Below, piece after piece: positions 26,888 to 27,837 of a DNA stretch of 27,837 nt (the first letter of the stretch is position 1; each line of letters begins with the position of its first letter). A program made the translations under genes and the position numbers. The DNA is from Myxococcales bacterium (GTDB taxonomy: Bacteria; Myxococcota_A; Polyangia; Polyangiales; Polyangiaceae). The DNA is taken from contig JAYTOU010000014.1 of the NCBI GenBank assembly GCA_043747615.1, forward strand, positions 1 to 27,837, in the 5' to 3' direction. The notes beneath the pieces are model-generated. The model had not been told where the DNA came from. It made no database searches and worked only from the letters and a program-made list of their open reading frames with translations.

Positions 26888-27816
26888 CGCCCGCCGCGAA
26901 GTCAGTCGAAAAAATCCAGGCCTTCGCGCCTGCTGGGCTTGCGGCTACGAAATTCGTAGCTCCGCGATCGGCCAGCGAGGCATGCGATCTCCTCGCCGAA
27001 GCCAGCGCGAAGAAGCTGACGTGCGTGGTCCTCGCGGGCGGCACCGATTGGATCGTCGATCGTCATCTCATGTCCATCGAACGCGCGGGCGAGGTCGATC
27101 TGGTCGTCGACATCACCGGCATCGCCGGCTTCGGAGAGATCGCGATCAAGAACGACGCCGGCGAAGAGCGCCTACTCCTTGGTGGCGGCGTCACCTACTG
27201 GAACCTTCGCACGAACGCGCTCGTCACCCGCACCATCCCCATGCTCTCTGCCATGGCAAAAGACGTGGGCGCCGTTCAAATCCAGACGCGCGGTACCCTC
27301 GCCGGAAATATCGCTTCTGCGTCGCCGGCAGCCGACGGAGTCGCAGCGTTGATGGCCCTCGACGCTCGCCTCACGTTGCAGAGCGCGACCGGCGTGCGTG
27401 TCGTACCTCTCGAGGAATTTTTTACGGGTTACCGCAAGACGCTGATGCGCCCCGACGAGCTCATCGTCGAGATCGACGTGCGGGTCCCGCGTCCGAGCGC
27501 GTGGGCGCGTTGGCGAAAAGTGGGAACCCGTCTGGCGCAGGCTATTTCCAAGGTCGCGCTCGCAAGCGTGGTCGGCGTCACCGAGGGGACGATTCGTTAC
27601 GCGCGCTTCGGCGCAGCCTCCGTTGCCGCAACGACCCACGCTCTTCCGAGGGTGCGGGCCTATCTCGAAGGGCGCGCGCTCGCCGACGTGGAGGATGCCG
27701 CACTCGACGCCGCTGTGATGAGCGACATCACTCCGATCGACGACGTGAGGAGCACCGGTGAGTACCGCCTCCATGTCGCGAAGGCGCTGGTCAAGCGGGC
27801 CATCGAGGCTTCATGA
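26884..27816 (+). CDS. Xanthine dehydrogenase-family FAD-binding (medium) subunit
   Basis: LAGGTD, VGAVQIQTRGTLAGNI.ASPAAD, FFTGYRKT, KVGTR.AQAISK and PIDDVRST.EYR. Confidence 0.93.
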   Translation: MTPAAKSVEKIQAFAPAGLAATKFVAPRSASEACDLLAEASAKKLTCVVLAGGTDWIVDRHLMSIERAGEVDLVVDITGIAGFGEIAIKNDAGEERLLLGGGVTYWNLRTNALVTRTIPMLSAMAKDVGAVQIQTRGTLAGNIASASPAADGVAALMALDARLTLQSATGVRVVPLEEFFTGYRKTLMRPDELIVEIDVRVPRPSAWARWRKVGTRLAQAISKVALASVVGVTEGTIRYARFGAASVAATTHALPRVRAYLEGRALADVEDAALDAAVMSDITPIDDVRSTGEYRLHVAKALVKRAIEAS

Positions 27817-27837
27817 AAACCACGCTCGCGGAAGACG
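27813..27837 (+). CDS. Start of the next gene in the operon (MKTTLAED..., truncated by the window end)
   Basis: The ATG overlaps the FAD-subunit stop (ATGA) and the frame is open to the window end. Confidence 0.4.

Noticed and set aside
24120..27816. Aerobic CO dehydrogenase (coxLSM) assignment
   Set aside because: The active-site loop is AFRGFG, not the form I AYxCSFR.
1..27837. CRISPR array, transposase, prophage, rRNA or tRNA
   Set aside because: No regularly spaced repeats, mobile-element motifs or RNA-gene-sized non-coding gaps were seen by eye.

Overview
High-GC, very compact bacterial chromosomal segment. Gene content and style suggest Myxococcota, probably Polyangiales/Sorangiineae-like; this is an inference from the eukaryote-like Ser/Thr kinases, a TPR/PEGA-type secreted protein and the acidic lipoproteins. 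About 31 CDSs are present. The housekeeping genes are ilvE, an Smr nuclease, a Nudix hydrolase, cysE, smpB, rsmE, prmA, a metallophosphoesterase and glgC. A xanthine-dehydrogenase-family locus (xdhC and a mocA-like gene, then the Mo, FeS and FAD subunits) is interrupted by a kinase/TPR/lipoprotein module. I found no rRNA, tRNA, CRISPR array or mobile element. The most notable observations are: (1) a divergent cluster in which an ABC ATPase with altered catalytic motifs and two permeases face a multi-TM protein carrying an eroded, HTH-less sigma54-activator AAA+ domain, followed by a lipoprotein; (2) a two-gene unit whose 500-aa product resembles a component of FtsH/MoxR-vWA ternary conflict systems, with no NTPase nearby; (3) a stand-alone WYL-domain gene split by a 1-nt frameshift that the ORF track misses; (4) a probable pseudokinase; (5) a translationally coupled ferredoxin-small protein-Smr unit; (6) recurrent -10-like hexamers just upstream of start codons. 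All family calls come from reading motifs by eye; no searches were run.
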